64,000 nt of DNA from an uncultured SAR86 cluster bacterium (lineage in GTDB: Bacteria; Pseudomonadota; Gammaproteobacteria; Magnimaribacterales; D2472), in NCBI GenBank assembly GCA_902602595.1, contig CACKRJ010000002.1:34278-98277 (forward strand), read 5' to 3'. The notes beneath the pieces were generated by a model, which saw only the letters and a list, made by a program, of their open reading frames with translations, was not told the origin of the DNA and did not search any database. Shown here piece after piece: positions 60,989 to 64,000 of the stretch; position 1 is the stretch's first letter, and each line of letters opens with the position of its first letter. The position numbers were made by a program, and so were the translations under genes.

Positions 60989-62602
60989 CTAATCAAGATT
61001 TAAATCCTGAATGTATTTCTCTTGTAATTTGTATTTTTGTATTTTTCCTGACGGAGTTATTGGAAAAGAATCAACAAAAAAAATGTATTTTGGAACCTTC
61101 CATCTTGATATTCTCTCTTTACACCAGTTTCGTAGCTCATCAGGGTTATTTAGTTTTGTTGCATCTACCCTAGCAACTGCGCAGCATTCCTCATCATATT
61201 TTTTATCGGGAAGGCCAATAACAGCTACCTCTAATACTCCGGGATGTTCAAGTAAGTAATTTTCTATCTCTATTGGATAAAGATTTTCTCCTCCTCGAAT
61301 TATCATCTCTTTTGCTCGCCCAACTATATTTATATAACCCTCTTCATTCATAGTAGCCAGATCTCCAGTTGGAAACCAACCATCATCATTTATTCCAGAG
61401 CTTCCATCAGGTAAATTACCATATCCTTTCATAAGCCCAGGACCTTTATATAGCAATTCACCTGGCGTATTATTTTCAACAATTTCATTATTTTTATCTA
61501 CAACTCTCAAGGAAACGCCTGGTAGTGCAAGTCCAGCAATGGCTTTTAATTCAGGAGGATCACTTGGAAGTGCAGTAGAAGTTAATCCACATGTTTCTGT
61601 CATACCATAGCCATTGATAACATCTGCTTCAAACTCTTCAGAGAATTTTTTTAAAAGCTCAAGTGGTGGATTGGATCCGCCTACTATTAGGCATTTTAAA
61701 CTGCTCAAATCATATTCATGAAAATTGGGAACTTCTAACATTGCTGTTAATAAAACAGGAGCTCCTATAAATACTGAGCATTTTTCATTTTGAAGGATAT
61801 TTAGTGTGACATCTGGTTTAAAAATATATAAAGGTAACGAAACAGCTCCGGTTGCTGCGGCTCCTAGTGTCATACAAGCTGAGCCACCTATATGAAAGAG
61901 TGGAAAACCGTGACAAACTCTTTGATTTGATTTTATTTGCCAACGGACATGGCTATTTTTTGAAGATGTAATTAATGCTTGATGGGTCATCTGAGCAGCC
62001 TTTGGTAGTCCAGTTGTCCCAGAGGTATACTGAATCATAAAAATATCATTTGGATCAACTATTGGCAGTGAAGAATTTGAGGCTTCCCCTTTTTTTATAA
62101 GACTTTTTAAACCCTCATTAAATGAATAGCTGTGCTTTAGAGATGAAATTTTATTTCTTATTGTATTGATTACATCTAGACATTTAATATCGCCTATAGC
62201 TTCAGCATGAACTATGGCTACTGCCGAAACTGTATTTAAAGCAAAAATTAATTCTTGTTCTTTGTAAAGTGGGTTTAAAGTGACGATTCGCAGACCTGCT
62301 TTAGCCAAAGCATATTCAGTAAGAATCCATTCAGGATGGTTGGGACCCCATACACCAACTGTATCGCCTTGATTAAATCCAGCATCAATAAAAGCTTTAG
62401 CAAGATTAGTAGACATTTCATTAAGATGTTTATAAGTCCATCTAACATCTTCAACATCAGGTTGATTTGAATAAACTAATGCTTCAGTTTCTGGAAATTT
62501 TGCAGCAGTTGATTCAATGAGTTCACCTAAGCTAATAGACATAAGTTCAGAATCATCTAAATGGTCAACCCATTCAGATAAATTTAAATTTGGTTTAGAC
62601 AT
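60989..62602 (-). CDS. Acyl-CoA synthetase (AMP-forming)
   Basis: YTSGTTGLPK, GYGMTET, TGDL, IIRGGEN, SGKIQK. Confidence 0.94.
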   Translation of the reverse strand: MSKPNLNLSEWVDHLDDSELMSISLGELIESTAAKFPETEALVYSNQPDVEDVRWTYKHLNEMSTNLAKAFIDAGFNQGDTVGVWGPNHPEWILTEYALAKAGLRIVTLNPLYKEQELIFALNTVSAVAIVHAEAIGDIKCLDVINTIRNKISSLKHSYSFNEGLKSLIKKGEASNSSLPIVDPNDIFMIQYTSGTTGLPKAAQMTHQALITSSKNSHVRWQIKSNQRVCHGFPLFHIGGSACMTLGAAATGAVSLPLYIFKPDVTLNILQNEKCSVFIGAPVLLTAMLEVPNFHEYDLSSLKCLIVGGSNPPLELLKKFSEEFEADVINGYGMTETCGLTSTALPSDPPELKAIAGLALPGVSLRVVDKNNEIVENNTPGELLYKGPGLMKGYGNLPDGSSGINDDGWFPTGDLATMNEEGYINIVGRAKEMIIRGGENLYPIEIENYLLEHPGVLEVAVIGLPDKKYDEECCAVARVDATKLNNPDELRNWCKERISRWKVPKYIFFVDSFPITPSGKIQKYKLQEKYIQDLNLD

Positions 62603-62606
62603 TAAT

Positions 62607-62897
62607 TTATGTTCCTCCGGGAATTATAAATATTTCAGATCTGCCACCTGAATTTCTTAAATCTTTTAAAGGTTTATATTTTGGATCTTCATACCATTGT
62701 TGTGCAGAAGATAAATCAGGAAATTCTAAAAGAACATATGCTGAAGGTTGCTTATTGCCTTCTCGCATATCAGGTTTAACTCCAGATGCTAGATATTTAC
62801 CACCATGCTCATTTATTAATCTAGCTGTGGCAGGATAATATTCCTCATACCATTCCCAATTATTAATGTATAACAAACCTAAAACATAAGCCTTCAT
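62607..62897 (-). CDS. DUF1330 family protein
   Basis: MKAYV, HGGKYL, LLEFP, WYEDPKY. Confidence 0.9.
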   Translation of the reverse strand: MKAYVLGLLYINNWEWYEEYYPATARLINEHGGKYLASGVKPDMREGNKQPSAYVLLEFPDLSSAQQWYEDPKYKPLKDLRNSGGRSEIFIIPGGT

Positions 62898-62966
62898 TTG
62901 ATGCCCCTATTCAGATTAGTTAATATAAAATCAACTAATATTCAATTTTTAAACATAAAAACAAAT

Positions 62967-63389
62967 ATGTCCAATCAGAATAAAGATATTTATACAGCTG
63001 CATCCTATGTCAAAAGAGATGCCAAAGATAACTTTTATCTATCAGGATTAAAGTGCATTAAATGCAATGCAATTTTTTTAGACCAAAGAACTGTCTGTGC
63101 AAATTGCTTTTCAAAAAATCAATTTAATGAAATTAAATTATCAAATACTGGTACCTTATATTCTTATTCAATTGTCCATAGATCATTTCCAGGAATAGAA
63201 GTTCCGTATGTTTCAGCAATTGTTGATCTGGATGGAGGTGGGACAGTTAAAGGAAATTTAATTAATATTGAGTCTAAGCCCTCAAAAATAAAATTTGATA
63301 TGAAAGTTAAAACTGTCTTTAAGGATGCCTTGGGAAGAAAGGATAAAGAAGGAAACTCATATGTAAGTTATTTTTTTGAGCCACTTTAA
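62967..63389 (+). CDS. DUF35 Zn-ribbon/OB-fold protein (BbsA-like)
   Basis: CIKC..CANC, GTLYSYSIVH, PYVSAIVDL; ATG 62967. Confidence 0.88.
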   Translation: MSNQNKDIYTAASYVKRDAKDNFYLSGLKCIKCNAIFLDQRTVCANCFSKNQFNEIKLSNTGTLYSYSIVHRSFPGIEVPYVSAIVDLDGGGTVKGNLINIESKPSKIKFDMKVKTVFKDALGRKDKEGNSYVSYFFEPL

Positions 63390-63400
63390 CTTATATGAAG

Positions 63401-64000
63401 TTATAAGGTTGAAGGACCAATAGCAACCGGTCTAATCGATGATGCTGAGCTTCCCTTAACCATTAAGGGTAATATCATTACACATGATATATCCACCGCA
63501 TCATCTGATAATTTTTTAAGATTAAAATTTTCAAGCGTATGGATACCGGCCTGAGTTAAAAAATAATGATGAACAGGAAATGCCATATTTGCAGGTGTCC
63601 CCTCTGGAGCAGGGATAGGATTATTTGGATCAGATAAAGCATCTACAAACGGAGTATCTAAACCAACAGCGACAACTTTTTTCGATGCGAGATATTCAGC
63701 TAATGAGTATGAAATACCCGGAGCCATTGAGTAATATAGTTTTAGTTCATCAGGATCCTGATAGTTATCACTCCAACCTGTATAAATCAGTACAACATCT
63801 CCTGGCAATATACCTCTAGATTTTAAAGTTGATGATTCAATTGATTTTTTAATATCGTTAATAGACACATATTCACCAGCCGACATAGACTCTCCATCAT
63901 AAGCATATTTCTTTACATTAATTAATATTGCAGTAGTGATGATAGGAGGAACAGTTTCCATGCCAAGTTTTAGTAATGGCGATTCATTTGTTGGCTTTAC
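63401..64000 (-). CDS. Cyclase/kynurenine formamidase family metal hydrolase, 5' end outside the window
   Basis: PGDVVLIYTGW, VGLDT, PVHH..L...GIHTLEN; frame stays open to the window end (VKPTNESPLLKLGMETV). Confidence 0.85.
   Translation of the reverse strand, partial: VKPTNESPLLKLGMETVPPIITTAILINVKKYAYDGESMSAGEYVSINDIKKSIESSTLKSRGILPGDVVLIYTGWSDNYQDPDELKLYYSMAPGISYSLAEYLASKKVVAVGLDTPFVDALSDPNNPIPAPEGTPANMAFPVHHYFLTQAGIHTLENFNLKKLSDDAVDISCVMILPLMVKGSSASSIRPVAIGPSTL

Noticed and set aside
4296-63819. Many 60-130 aa ORFs in the track that overlap larger genes (e.g. 4296-4508, 9259-9561, 32932-33318, 45715-46089, 59802-60161)
   Set aside because: They are antisense or alternate-frame shadows of well-supported genes and show no recognisable motifs.

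Overview
AT-rich, gene-dense bacterial chromosome segment. Gene content, synteny and streamlining point to a marine gammaproteobacterium, probably SAR86-like (inference). The left part (1-35 kb) is mostly core: murB, ETF-QO/etfBA, paired acyl-CoA dehydrogenases, trmA, nfuA, mfd, gap, nqrABCDEF-apbE-nqrM, aceA, purB-mnmA, icd, clpSA and infA. A XerCD dif site at 36221-36248 marks the replication terminus. A partial direct copy at 36789-36805 brackets an orphan lipoprotein gene, and two haloalkane dehalogenases lie on either side. From about 43 kb to the window end runs a catabolic island with steroid/aromatic-lipid-type enzymes: extradiol dioxygenase, P450, Ltp2-like aldolase, DUF35, MaoC pair, ACADs, crotonases and a CoA ligase. 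The most unusual feature is an indolepyruvate:ferredoxin oxidoreductase fused in frame to what looks like a tyrosine-integrase arm-type DNA-binding domain. It is preceded by an array of (AC)TGTGTAT(AT) repeats and is a candidate DNA-binding metabolic enzyme derived from a mobile element. No rRNA, tRNA or CRISPR array was seen. All calls come from motif recognition by eye; no database searches were run.
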